DNA of 63,942 nt, the filler included, from Octopus bimaculoides (lineage: Eukaryota): NCBI RefSeq assembly GCF_001194135.2. It is 4 parts of 4 records of this genome, joined end to end, with 100 filler letters (N's around TTAATTAATTAA, not from the genome) between each part and the next. Parts side by side here need not be neighbours in the genome. Positions count along the whole stretch, not along the records: positions 28,689 to 58,266 come from NC_068988.1; 3 more parts are not named here. One strand, 5' to 3'. Below the pieces are notes generated by a model. It was not told the origin of the DNA, searched no databases, and worked only from the letters and a program-made list of their open reading frames with translations. Position 1 is the stretch's first letter. Each line of letters starts with the position of its first letter. The position numbers and the translations under genes were made by a program. Below are positions 38,055 to 50,445 of the stretch, piece after piece.

Positions 38055-38275
38055 AAGATGGCAAGCTGGTTAAATCATTAGCATGCTGGACAAAATGTTG
38101 AACAGCATTTTGCTTGGCTTTACATTCTGCGTTCAAATCCTGCCAAGTTTGATTTGCTTTTCATCCTTTCAGGGTTGATAAAATAAGTACCAGTTGTCCA
38201 CTGGGGTCAATGTAATTGACTAGTCCCCATTCCACTAAAGTACAGACCTTCTACCCATAGTAGAAAAGATTATCA
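38055..38275 (+). mobile_element. SINE family C
   Basis: AAGATGGCAAGCTGG head, TTTGCTTTTCATCCTTTCAGGGTTGATAAAATAAGTACCAG core. Confidence 0.8.
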
Positions 38276-39797
38276 TTATTATTATGGTAAAAGTGCATGG
38301 TCTAGAGGTTAGGGTGTTGCACTCATGATTAATAGATTGTGGGGTTGATTCCCAGAGCATGCGGTGCATTGTATTCTTGAGTAAAGCACATTGCTCTACA
38401 ACCATTCTGAGACCTGATGTGTACACTTGTGCACCTGTACAGGCAACATCAATTTAATGGAGGGCATGAGCTAACTTATGGTAAATATATTTGATCACAA
38501 TAAACAGATCTTTTGTACAGGTTGTACAACAAAATCTTAACACTAACACATCCTCTTCAACAGGAAACTCTATCATCATCATCTATCAAAATGAAGGCGA
38601 TTGATGGTAAAATTCATGTCTAATGTATTTGGTTTACATCCTTTCACATTGAGATCAAAACCTGCAGCAACTCACTGTGACTGTCATCGTTTTACTACAA
38701 GCAACTAAAATGCTGCCACTGGGCTCAATCTAAACCAACAGCAACCTCCCACGAAAATGTTATGCATGGCCTTGTATCAATGCTAGAAATCATTATTCTA
38801 AATATAAGCTGCCCACACCATCCTGATATCCTACAACTCACAATTTGTTCCTATCTTTTTATAACTGGAAAAGTAAAAGTAAAAAAAAAAAAAAAACACA
38901 ACGAAGAAGAAAAGAAATGGAAAAAATAAAAAAATTCGGCAAATTTGTTGCTTCCGTTTTGTTTTCGCATTGATTCTTCTGTTCAAGGCTTTTGTCTCTA
39001 AAATAGCCGCTTAATTCAAATCAGATTTCGGTAGCTATTTTAGTAGATCAAGCTTCAAATCTGGTTTGTTAAACGACCAGATAATACAAGGAATGCAAGA
39101 AGTAGGAGAAATACACAAATATGCACATATGTGTAAGAAGGTCTATGCATATATGTGTGTGTCTGTGTGTGCATGTGCAACTGGAAGTTAACTGAAAGAG
39201 CAAGGTTGGGTACCATGTGCAAGGAATCTGCCTATGAGAAATTGCTAATGTAAGATTAAATATAACACACATCTTCTATAAAAGAGGAAACTTTTGACAC
39301 CTGCATATATCTCTTTCCTATTTTCAACAACATTAACACACACACACACACACATTTGATTTCAGTTAGCTAAATATAGACATATCATCATCATCATCAT
39401 GTGTGTGTATGTGTATATATATATATATATATATATAAACAAACTTTAGATTTGTTCAAATATGTTTGTGACATATTTTAACTTCCAAAGGCAAAATCAT
39501 TGCAGTTTACCATGGAGAAGAAATTACTGCTCATGGTAATAGGTGTAAAAATACCTCATGTGCTCAGGGTCTCCCACTAGCTGACTCCTGGACATGTTTC
39601 TAGTTCTTTAATCTTCCTCAGCAGGAGATACTGAAGAGAGATAACCCTGGGTAGATTATAAAGCCATAGGTTTATCTTAAAACAGTCAATATCAATGACT
39701 GGGTGATGTTCGCAGACTGCCTGGTGAGAACAAATACAGTAGTATCAGAATTAAGCAGTGATAAGGAGTAAACAAACCTTTGGTTTGTTTAAATATA

Positions 39798-40357
39798 CAG
39801 TCATGGCCAAAAGTATGGAATATTTTTAAAAAAATTAGAATTGTTATGCTCAAGTACAACTTGATTCAAATATATACAATGTAGAGATATACTTATCTAT
39901 TAAGTGATCCAATGATTTAATATCTAGAAGAACAAATCTTCAGACCTATGTTCCAGACTTTGACCAATAATAATATTGCAAGTAATAATATATTGCAAAT
40001 TAAATATAACTTTGGGCATTTAACCCATTACCTACCAGTGATCTCATATGAGATCACATAAAAATTACAAATTTTGTAATTATCTGTCAATATTTACACA
40101 TATCTAACCTTTTTGCTATATCTACGAGGTATATTTCTCTGATATTCAAATGAGGTGTGCTAATTTTTCACCCAATATCTCGCTTATTTCTATTTAAAAT
40201 GTTATTTTGATCATTCCAGCGTGTTTCTAAGGCTGTTTTATGCTAGAAATCAAAGTTTCATAAAAAAAAATTCTAGTAAATAGAATTATGGGAGGTAATG
40301 GGTTAATATAAAAATTCTAATTTTCGGACCTATGTTACAAACTTTTGGCCATAACTA
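39798..40357. mobile_element. Tc1-type MITE with nested piggyBac-type MITE
   Basis: TA|CAGTCATGGCCAAAAGT vs ACTTTTGGCCATAACTA (15/17 inverted match). Confidence 0.6.
40024..40302. mobile_element. piggyBac-type MITE
   Basis: TTAA|CCCATTACCTACCA ... TGGGAGGTAATGGG|TTAA. Confidence 0.85.
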
Positions 40358-40927
40358 TTTGTTTGTGACATATTTTAATTTGGAAAGGCAAATTCACTGC
40401 AGTTTATTCATAGAGAGAAAAAAAATGCAGTAAATTTGCCTTTACAAGTTAAAGTGTCACGAACATGTTTGAACTCACCTAAAGTTTGTTTATTACTCAT
40501 CTCTGCTTAGTACTGTTGCTACTGTATGTAACTTCTTACATAGGCACAAGGTCATCCAAGTGCTTACCTAATAATTTACATTATCAACCTGGAAGATGAG
40601 AATGAAAAGCAAAGTTGACTTCTATATATATATATATACACACACACACACGCACATATACAAAACGTATACTAAGCAATATCTTTCATTATATAGTTAA
40701 CATTCATTCGCATATATATACACTCACATGTATACATATATACATACATGTCATCATATTACTTCTGTTTTCCATCCCAGTGGGTTAGGTGAGTAATTAC
40801 AGTTTGAATTAGTTCTTATTCAACATTACTGCTGCCCTCCTAGACAATTGCATGACTGTATTATGCTTACACACACACACACACTAGTGGGATTACTTCA
40901 ACTTTAAACCAAGACTAATGATACTGA

Positions 40928-40960
40928 TTCCTGCAGGTTTCAAATTGAAACCTGCAGGAA
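40928..40960. repeat. perfect 15-bp inverted repeat with 3-nt spacer
   Basis: TTCCTGCAGGTTTCA-AAT-TGAAACCTGCAGGAA. Confidence 0.95.
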
Positions 40961-41250
40961 AAATATGTCAAGAGACAAAATTCCAGAGGGCACCAGCCTT
41001 GATGATATTTCAACAGAAAGAACTCTCGACTTTAAGAGAGCTTGCATCCCTTCACAAAAATGCGATGGTTAGTGAGGGGACTAGATGGGGGAAGGGGGTG
41101 GGCACAACATGGGTAATGAGGGAAGGGGAGATGAGCAAGTTGAACGTGCCAACATGAAAGTAGTACAAGAGCAACCATCTCTGAAGAGCAGGGGCCACTG
41201 TAATAGGGGAAGAAACAGCTATCATCACTGTATCGCATCCCACTCGTTAA

Positions 41251-41470
41251 CCCTTTAGCATTTAAACCAGTCATATCTGGTCCAAATATTATTCCCATTT
41301 TATGCGCAAGCCCACTAGATCGAGCCTCTCAAACCTATCCTACATTGTCATTCTAAAAATAAACAATCGCATTGTTAAAATCTCAAATCTATGAGACAGT
41401 GCATGATTAATTCATAACGAGGTGAATAAATTAGCATTATGTTTGAAAGAGTATTCTGAATGCTAAAGGG
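41251..41470 (+). mobile_element. piggyBac-type MITE family P
   Basis: TTAA|CCCTTTAGCATT ... AATGCTAAAGGG|TTAA. Confidence 0.9.
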
Positions 41471-41857
41471 TTAAACACAAGCAGTACACAACTTGGACTT
41501 TTGTCCTTTGGCGGTTGGTAAATAAAGTACCATTAAGTCCAGAGCAATGGAGTGGTAAGTGGAATGCTTTGCTGTAATTGTTCCAACTCTTTACATAGTG
41601 AGTTCAAATTCCACCCTGGGATTCAGATCCGAACCATGGCCAACACCAATTAAACACAATATGCAATGTAGTGTAAATATGTATGTAGAGTGTGTGCATA
41701 AAGGTGTGTACATATGTGTGTAATGTGTGCTGTGTGTGTGTTTATGTATGCAGTGTTTGTATGCAATATGCATGTGTGTGCTTGTGTAAATCTGCAATGT
41801 GTGTGTATGTATACATATATATATATACATACAGTGTGTGTCTGTATGTGTATATAT

Positions 41858-42103
41858 ACGTCTCCATCTTCAGTTTCTAGCTTTTTACAAACTTGTAGAC
41901 GAAAGATCTGGCAATTTTTAAAAATTGAGATATTTCTAAATCGCTATGCTCAACCTTTACAACCACAATAACAGCATGCCTCTTCATTTCTTGAGTAAGC
42001 TGAGGGTCTGCCATTATCTTCTGAAACAAAGATTATACAGACTTAGCAAAATATGTAGCAATGATCCAAAAAAAATCTGTCCTCAAATACCTTACACACC
42101 CTG
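41858..42103 (-). mobile_element. 5' end of a second maT (DD37D) copy
   Basis: Reverse complement CAGGGTGTGTAAGGTATTTGAGGAC; encodes MADPQLTQEMKRHAVIVVVKVEHSDLEISQFLKIARSFVYK. Confidence 0.9.
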
Positions 42104-43019
42104 TATATATGCATATATATGCAATCTATGTATATATGTGCATATGTTTACAATGTTACATCAACTAATTCCTGACCTGAACAAGAGTAAAGCAACTCCA
42201 ATGGCATTAGCAGTCAGACAGCTGGGACACATTTAATAAACATAAAATGAGGATTATGTTAATACAACGTAAACAAACAATGGATTATATTAATAGTTTA
42301 GTCCCTTTTCTTTTCTTTTTCTTTTAGATAAACAAAACACAATCTCCCTCAGTGACCTTTGACATGATGTCTTATCAAAACACCAGAGTGGAAGAGTGAG
42401 AGTAAGGAGTGAATGGCATGGTTGGAATGGAATGGAATGAGATTAATCATTCAGCAGAGAAGTTAAACTAGTTCAAGCATGAGAGGGGGGGGCAGAGATA
42501 AACAGACACAAAGAGAGAGGGGTGGGAAAGTTTATATACATAGTTTCAGAAAGCGATTCTCTGCCATGGAACTGATGAGGTTAAAATAAACATTTAAAAC
42601 TGCTTTGATTATAGTTGAACCCTAATATATACATAGTAAGTGTGTGCGCGTGTGCACATGTGTGTATAAACACAAACATACGCACAAGTTTATGCACGTG
42701 CACACACATTTATGCTTGAGTTTCTTATTCTTTGACATTCAGTGTTTGTTAGTTCATGCCTTGCAACATAGCAGTTTGGCAAAAGGTGTCTAACAGAAAA
42801 AATGCCAGATTTAAAAAGAGCACTGGAATTGAGATAATCAAGTAAAAGCCTTCAAGATTTACACCAATCTCATCCTCTTCTTACTCAGTCCAATATTGTA
42901 ATATTTATATATATATATATAGGTTTGGCAATGCAAACAGGAAAAACAGAACTCAAAAGTTTCATGCATTAGCACTTCTGAACTCAACATGTCTTTTTTT
43001 CATTCTCTCTCTATTTATT

Positions 43020-43160
43020 TCTGCTTATTCATTTCTGTCAAAGAGCATACGCTCGAAATATAAAAGGCTTCCCATTTTTCCTGAGTGTCAAACTAATACA
43101 CTTGCTTATTGTTTCTACACCCGCCTTCATCTTTGTTTTTCTATAAATTTCAACTTTATA
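43020..43160 (+). mobile_element. Penelope-like-derived repeat, degenerate copy 3
   Basis: CTGTCAAAGAGCATACGCTCGAAATATAAAAGG aligns with CTGTTGAAGAGCGTAGCTCGAAACGTTAAAG. Confidence 0.5.
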
Positions 43161-43172
43161 TATATATATATA

Positions 43173-43317
43173 TTTTGGGTTGGTGCATAATTATTGCAGA
43201 TTTTTTCTCAATAAATTTTATTCAACAAAAACATCTTCAAACGATTATTCCGGAGCATATTCACCATCTACTTTAATTACTGCTTCCCATTTGCTTGGCA
43301 GACAGTTAGACCGTCAT
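43173..43317 (-). mobile_element. mariner 3' end with TIR
   Basis: TA|TTTTGGGTTGGTGCATAATTATTGCAG TIR; minus frame LPSKWEAVIKVDGEYAPE*. Confidence 0.8.
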
Positions 43318-43321
43318 TTAA

Positions 43322-43495
43322 CCCTTTTGTTACTGTATTTATTTTGAGATGCTCTGTGTTTCTTTCAATTACTTTAAATATAACAAAAAATTTAGTAAAA
43401 TAACTTAGTTATCATTCAGCTAGTGTTAAGAACATAAATTGTGACTAAGGTTTGGTGGAAGATTTTAATTCAAAACTTATGAAAACAATACATTA
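43322..43495 (+). mobile_element. piggyBac-type MITE left part
   Basis: TTAA|CCCTTTTGTTACTG start; related to degenerate 3080-3250. Confidence 0.5.
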
Positions 43496-44140
43496 TTCAC
43501 AAGCGCCCTGAAACGTCAAGAAAAGAAGACACAAACATACATATATACATACAACAAAATCCTCTTAGTTTTCCATTGACCAAATCCACTCACAATGCTC
43601 TGGTCAGCATGTTTGAGGACTGAACTCAAAATGATGTGAGACGCAAGACTACGTCAACCCTAGAGGTGCATAAGACTAGGGTTTATCCAGGTTTTCTAGG
43701 CATCTAGACTTAAAATACTAAACTCCTTCCTGAATGTGATGTCAGTCCTTCACAGTGATAAGACCCAGGTTCACAGGATAAGGTCCAAGTTCACATGAAC
43801 TAAGGCGCCTCACCAAAGAACATACACACCTCCAAATCCAAGAATGAAGCACACATAATCAACAAGGCCACGTTTTCACACACACACACGCGCGCGTGCG
43901 TGCGTGCGTGCGTGTGTGTGTGTGTGTGTCATTTAAATATTCATATAGCCTCAATTAAATTGTACCCAATTAAAATAAATTAAGGATTTAGTTACGTAAT
44001 AGATGAGATTATAGAGATTAACAACAACAAGGTTTAAACTGGATACATCAATATGAAATATTCTGAACCGAAGTTATCCACAACAAAGTTTTAATTTTGA
44101 TAATTACTTTTAGTGAAATAAAGTTTGACAAAATAATATA

Positions 44141-44546
44141 TCTTTTATCTCTTTTAATTGTTTCACTCATTTGACTGCGGCCATGCTGGAGCACCACCTT
44201 TAGTTGAGCAAATCAACCCCAGGACTTATTCTTTGTAAGCCTAGTACTTATTCTATCGGTCGCTTTTGCTGAACCGCTAAGTTACAGGAACACAAACACA
44301 CCACTATCGGTTGTCAAGCGATGTTGGGGGGACAAACACAGACACATACATATATATATATATATACATACACACATATATACGATGGGCTTCTTTTAGT
44401 TTCCGTCTATCAAATCCACTCACAAGGCTTTGGTTGGCCCGAGGCTATGGTAAAAGGTACTTGCCCAAGGTACCATGCAGTGGGAATGAACCCAGAACCA
44501 TGTGGTTGGTAAGCAAACTACTTACCACATAGCCACCCCTACACCT
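44141..44546 (-). mobile_element. SINE family A, full length
   Basis: Matches 8347-8778. Confidence 0.9.
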
Positions 44547-44562
44547 ATACTGAGAAATCATA

Positions 44563-44602
<40 letters not shown>

Positions 44603-45402
44603 TATTTATTACTTCTCAGTATAGTTACTACTTTCATCTCTTATAGATATTTTTTACGAGCTACGTTGCTTGTTGCAAGATCATTGACTGATTGTCACTT
44701 ATTTTTCTATATATTGTGAGATGGAGCAAACTACTGCTATCTCTAGCAGACAGGTAGAACACATTTGCCTAAGATGGCATGTAGTGAGACTGAACCCAGA
44801 ATCATGTGGTTGTGAAGCAAATTTCTTACCACACAGCTATGCCTGTACTTATACATATAAACATATACAATGGAATTCTTTCAGTTTCCATTTACTCAAG
44901 CCATTCAGAAGGCTTTGGTTGGCCTGGGTCTATAGTAGAAGACACTTACCCAAAGTGCTGTGCCATGCAGTGGGACTGAAGCCAAAACCATACAGTTGGG
45001 AGGCAAGCTTCTTAACCACACAGACATGCTTAATCCCCCTGTATTAAGATTCTATGAAAGAATCATGCTGCTATTGTTTATCATAATATTGGTAAACTAT
45101 GAGGTGCAGAGATAAAGCTTTTCCTGCAACCTGATTTTGATTGTTAATACAATGCCTGTACTTCCAGGAAAGGCATGCATGCCACAGCCTCTTTTACTAC
45201 TAGCATTTCAGATCTTGTACACTTCATAGACACGAATACTTTTCTCATGATTCCATGAGATTTCCTGACAAAGTTTTTTTTTCTTTTTCTTTTTTTTGCT
45301 GCCAACTGCCAAATATTATTACAATGTAACATTACATATCAACATAAACCCTTTTGTTACTAATTCACCTGAGACGATCTTTGGTTCCGTGATACCATAA
45401 AC

Positions 45403-45433
<31 letters not shown>

Positions 45434-46667
45434 CCTCAGTTAAAACTAATATTTTCTCACATAATATTAAATCTATTTAAACAGATTTTTTCCACCTGGA
45501 AAATATCTAACCTTTATTCCAACCAAAGTGAAAATAATAATAAAAAAAAAAAAATCTATTTACATGATTCGCACATCAAAACAAAACCTTCATTTATTTC
45601 TGTCGAATGGAGTCGGCAATAATAAATTGGTAAAAAAAGAGAAAAAAGGTGGAACAATCTCTTAAGGGAAGACAAACAGTGACGATCACTTCACTGATGC
45701 TGCATTAATATTTTTGGTAAACATTATACCAGATGGCTAGAAAGGGCAGCGTTTGATGCAATGTTTCCATTTCAAACCTATATCAACATCCTTAACAATC
45801 TTTTAATCTCTCTCTCTCTCATCAACCTGACTCCCTAATTTCTTTTTGATGTCTGTTTTTCTCTAATTTAATTCAGGTAGTTTGTACTGTTGTGGTCCTT
45901 ATACTCAAGAGTATGCCACAATGGTTTACTGTATTTTCTGGCATACAAGTTGAATTCTTGCATACTGAAAAATATACAACCAGAAAAGGTAGGTTGACTT
46001 TTACACTGAGATAACTTTGAAGGGCCAAAAATTCCATGCAAAATGCAGCAGGGTTTGGATAGATAGTTAGAAAGTTTACACTATGTATTACATTGATTTT
46101 TATGCAAGAAAAAAAAAATATGGTATTTTGGCAAGAGGACAGACTTCCCATGAAGCATGCTTGAGAGAAAATCTTAACTCTCATTCATTCTAAGAGATAC
46201 TCTGAGATGATCAAACAGCAGATTGGTTTCAGCAATTTTTCTGAAGGATTCCAGTGAATAAAGGTGAATTAAAGCTTTTGATATCAACCCATCTGAGATC
46301 ACCCTGACTCCTATAACAGAAACTTCTTGTTTTTAGGTTATTGAAAACCTTCCATTAAAACCTCACATAAATTTATTTTCTGAAGACCAGCTGAATAATG
46401 TAAAAGTTATTTTACTGATTTTTTTTCAGTAGTTTCAAAATCGATTGAAACAAAGACAGTGTATTTCAATAAAAATTTGATAACAAAAGGGTGAGAACAT
46501 CTACCCAACTTTTGACAAAGAACTCTGGAAATGACTGCGTGGTGTCCTGGCAAAGAGTCTGCTACCGTGGTGTTGGTTGAGGAATACTTTGTAAGTGGAA
46601 TTTGGTAGACAACCCTATATGTGTGTGTATGTACACACACACACATTCATAAATACACATACCTCAT

Positions 46668-47040
46668 CATTATTATTCATCGTTTTAATGCTTGCACAGA
46701 CTTTGTTGGTATAGATTTTTCCAATGCTGGATACCCTTCCTGTCACCAACCCTCCATCTATTTCCAAGCAAGGTTACAATATTTCCCCCATGGCCAGACA
46801 TGTTTATCATGGAAGACTTGAAACATACAGTCTTGTTTGTGTGACAGTGATGTTTATTTACGATCGTTCCGTGATGTCAAGGCAAGGGCACACACATATA
46901 TGTATGTATGCAATGGGCTTCTTTCAGTTTCCAATCTACAAAATCCACTCATAAAGCCTTGATTGGCTTGAGGCTATAACAGAAAACACAAACCCAGGGC
47001 ACCACACAGTGGAACTGAACCTAAGACCACACCGATACCT
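46668..47040 (-). mobile_element. SINE with A head/core and RTE-like tail
   Basis: Same organisation as 30525-30850. Confidence 0.65.
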
Positions 47041-47213
47041 GCACCTAGCCATACCTACCTAAATATATTCATTAGGTTGTAAACCCAACATCATTACATG
47101 ATTCCATTTAGAAAATATTACAGTTGTTTAACCAGAATCAAAACAAATTCACTGACAATTTACAACTTCTAGGTTTGAAGATTATTATAGGTATGAAGAT
47201 ATCTTCAGGTAGG

Positions 47214-47322
47214 GTATAATTGCAGGTATGGAATAATTGCAAGTAGAGTATAATTGCAGGTATGAGTAGGGAATACTTTGCAAGAATGAAATGTCTGCAA
47301 GTGTAGTATAATTGCAGGTATG
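47214..47322. repeat. short minisatellite, GTATAATTGCAGGTATG x3 plus variants
   Basis: Exact 17-mer at 47214, 47248 and 47306. Confidence 0.9.
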
Positions 47323-47384
47323 AAATAGTGTGGTGCTACTTAATTTCCAGCTTCTTCAGCAACAACAAACCTCAGAAGCAAAAG

Positions 47385-47690
47385 ATTACTGACTTACTTA
47401 AGTTCTTCATTCCCTTTGGTGCAAAGCCCATCAATAATTTTCTCCACCGTTTCAAACACTGGGCTCTTTTTTCTACTTTCCTCCAGTTGGATCCCAAGCT
47501 ACCTATCAGATTTTGCTGTACTACATATATTTCCCTGAGGAAAGGGGCCATCCTCTCCCAGGTTTTGCCAGTTCTGAACAGCAATCAATGTTTCTGTAGC
47601 TTTGTTTTCTTTTTAGGTAAGGATGATGGCCCTATGCAAACCCATTTTTGCCTCTAGGAAGAACTGGTGACCATTCTAGTCTGGCCTCTA
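47385..47690 (-). mobile_element. degenerate RTE (SR2-like) LINE 3' end
   Basis: Minus frames SNWRKVEKRAQCLKRWRK and IIDGLCTKGNEELK*VS resemble RTE W..LE..AQDR..WR.LV.GLC termini. Confidence 0.55.
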
Positions 47691-48577
47691 TCCTTTGACT
47701 TGCCCAGCATGGTAGGCCCTGGTCATTGAGTTGCACAAACCACTATACTGTACCAAGGGCTAGATCTTGTGGTGGAGGATTACAAAATCCCTTCACATTA
47801 ATATGTACTGAACTCAGAACCATACAGTTGTGAAGCAAAGTTTCTTACTACACAGACATGCCTGCACCTACACAACCACAAGAGTTCAGCAAAATAAAGC
47901 TAATACAATAACTAACAGGTTTTTTAAAAAAGAAAAAAATACCAGGGTCAATTTATTCAACTAAACCATTCAAGGCAAGTACCGTGGCATGGCTGCACTC
48001 CAATAACTGGAACAAGTAAAAGGTAAAAGATAAAAGATATTAATCTAATGAATGAACAACAATGATAGTTGTTCCATTTTTCACAGCAATGAGTATTGTG
48101 TTACTCAATCAAGTGGACTATGTGTGAAATTAATGTGTAAGTAGACAAATTAATTTGTGAAAAAAAAAAATTTGTGAAATTTACTTAGAGAAAATTGGCC
48201 AACAGACATAGTAGTAAAAAAAAAACAAATAAAAAAGCTGTTCGAAAAAAAGGAAAATAAAAAAAATGTTTAATTTCAAGAAAATTACAAAATAGACACA
48301 GACGGAGCATAAAGACAAGAGATTTCATCATGAGGTATAATGAATGACAAACTGATGTGGATTGTGAATTTCTTTACCAAAAATCAAAAAAAAAAAAATT
48401 CTCCAAAAATAACTTTATTGTAATTAATTAAGAAAGTTTTGAAAAAAGAGAGAGAGAGTTCATCGATTTCATCCAATTTTCGAGGTGTACACACATACAC
48501 CAAAAAAAAAAAAAAAAAAGCAATGTAAACATTTTTATCAGGTTTCTCAGTGAAGAATTTCTGAAGGNNNNNNNNNN

Positions 48578-48608
<31 letters not shown>

Positions 48609-48879
48609 CAATGTAAACATTTTTATCAGGTTTCTCAGTGAAGAATTTCTGAAGGGGAGAAGAAAAAAAAATAGAAAATTATAATTAATGGGAAAAAATT
48701 TTTTTTTCCATTTTATTTGTTTTTCAGAAATATTTTATTGCAACAGCAAAACACTGCCATCACCAATGCTCACACCTATTGTTGAGTAACCCCAGAAAAA
48801 ACTGTAAACTGAGCAGACCCGAGATCAAAAGCATTCCAGTCATGACAGACCATCCTGCATTTTGAGGTGGTATGTAGAC

Positions 48880-49170
48880 ATATGGTCAGGTGGTAAAAGT
48901 GTCACACTCAAAATCACAAGATCATGATTTCAAGTCTCAGACCAGCAGCAACGCGTTGTGATTTTGAGCAAAGCACTTCACTTCATGTTGCTCCAGTCTA
49001 CTCAACTGTAAACGGGTAACCCTGCAATGCACTGGCTTTCCAATCAGGAGAAATGTTGGCCTGCTTGTCTCACCAGTGGGGTGGCATCATTCAAAAACTA
49101 CACAAATGTGAGGAAGCACACTGTGACCAGAGGTGTATAACAATATCTGATAGTCTGGTTGACACAATGA
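48880..49170 (+). mobile_element. SINE family D
   Basis: Matches 31775-32060. Confidence 0.75.
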
Positions 49171-49644
49171 TAGAACACAGCAGGACTACCAAGACGAGAG
49201 AGAAACTAACTGCTATTATCTCTAGCAGGTTGAGCAACGTGCTCACTTCATTTTTTTATTTTTTTATTTTTGTGACTGCATCCATCTTGGGGCACCACCT
49301 TGAAGGGTTTAGCTGAATAAATCAATTCCAATACTTGTTTAAAAGTCAGATACCTATTCTATCAGTCTAAATTACCAAACTGCTAAGTTGTAAGGACATA
49401 AACAAACCAACATTCACTACCAGGCAGAGGTGGGGGGAAGAGCAAACAAGCAAAAACACACACAAACATGTGTGTGTGTGTGTGTGTGTGTAAGGAGGTT
49501 GGCAGTCCATTCTGTAAGGTGGTTGGTATTACAAAGGGTATCCAGCCATAAAAACCCTGCCAAAACAGACAGTGAAGCCTGGTGCATACTCCTGTCAAAC
49601 TGTCCAACCTATGCCAACAGGGAGAACATTGCTTTGAATTAATC

Positions 49645-49797
49645 ATACATTATCTCATAGCTTTGGAACTTTGACAATGTGACTGTTTATTTTTAGAATG
49701 ACACTGTAAGATATGTGTGAGAAGCTAGATCTGGTTGGTCTGAACATAAAACAAATAGAATACTCGGGCCGGATATAGCCAGGTTAAAGGTTTAAAC
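49645..49797 (-). mobile_element. piggyBac-type MITE family P, partial
   Basis: Similar to 56380-56500. Confidence 0.55.
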
Positions 49798-50294
49798 AAC
49801 TAAGACAGCAACATTAAGAAGTGTTTTAAGATGATAACTATTGTTTATTGGCCATATGCATTAAAACTGAAGTTCTATTCTCTTCAGAGGACATTCCACT
49901 GACATCTGATGCTTCAGCAGGAAGGAGAAACACCAGAAATCTATAGGAATCAGCTTCCAAGGTTAGAATTCAATTCCCAATCATCTGAAGATTGTGTTGG
50001 TTCTCAGAAGTGAGAAAGTCAAAGCCATGCCATTTTCTGGATTAGGCTAAAAAGCAGCACTTCAAAGGAATATACTGCAGCTATTTATCTATTTCTCACA
50101 AACTTTCAACAACTTTCAAACAACTGGAAATATTCTAAGAGCGAGACAAATTTAAATTCATCTTCAAGTGGTTTCGCTTTAAGTATTAAAGTTCCATGAG
50201 CAACCAATGCAAACTACAAACGGTATTGGTTTATGGTGATATGATGTGGTTTATGATGTAAATCAAGCAGAAACCTATTAAGTTAAAATAAATA

Positions 50295-50445
50295 CAGGGC
50301 TGTGTGGTTTAGGAGCTTACTTTGCAACCATCTGGTTTCAGGTTCAATCCCACTGCACAGCACGTTGGGCAAGCGTTTTCTACTATAGACCTGGGCAAAC
50401 CAATGCTTTGTGAGTGAATTTGGTAGAAGGAAACTGTGTGAAAGC
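50295..50445 (+). mobile_element. SINE A head/core
   Basis: GGGCTGTGTGGTTTAGGAGC...GGTTCAATCCCACTGCACAGC. Confidence 0.8.

Noticed and set aside
47372-47584. 70-aa minus ORF ending at a GTAAGT donor
   Set aside because: Matches RTE C-terminal motifs; the apparent donor is the element's terminus.
48503-48655. Direct repeat of A-run plus GCAATGTAAACATTTTTATCAGG...
   Set aside because: Identical copies flanking a 10-N gap; overlap artefact.
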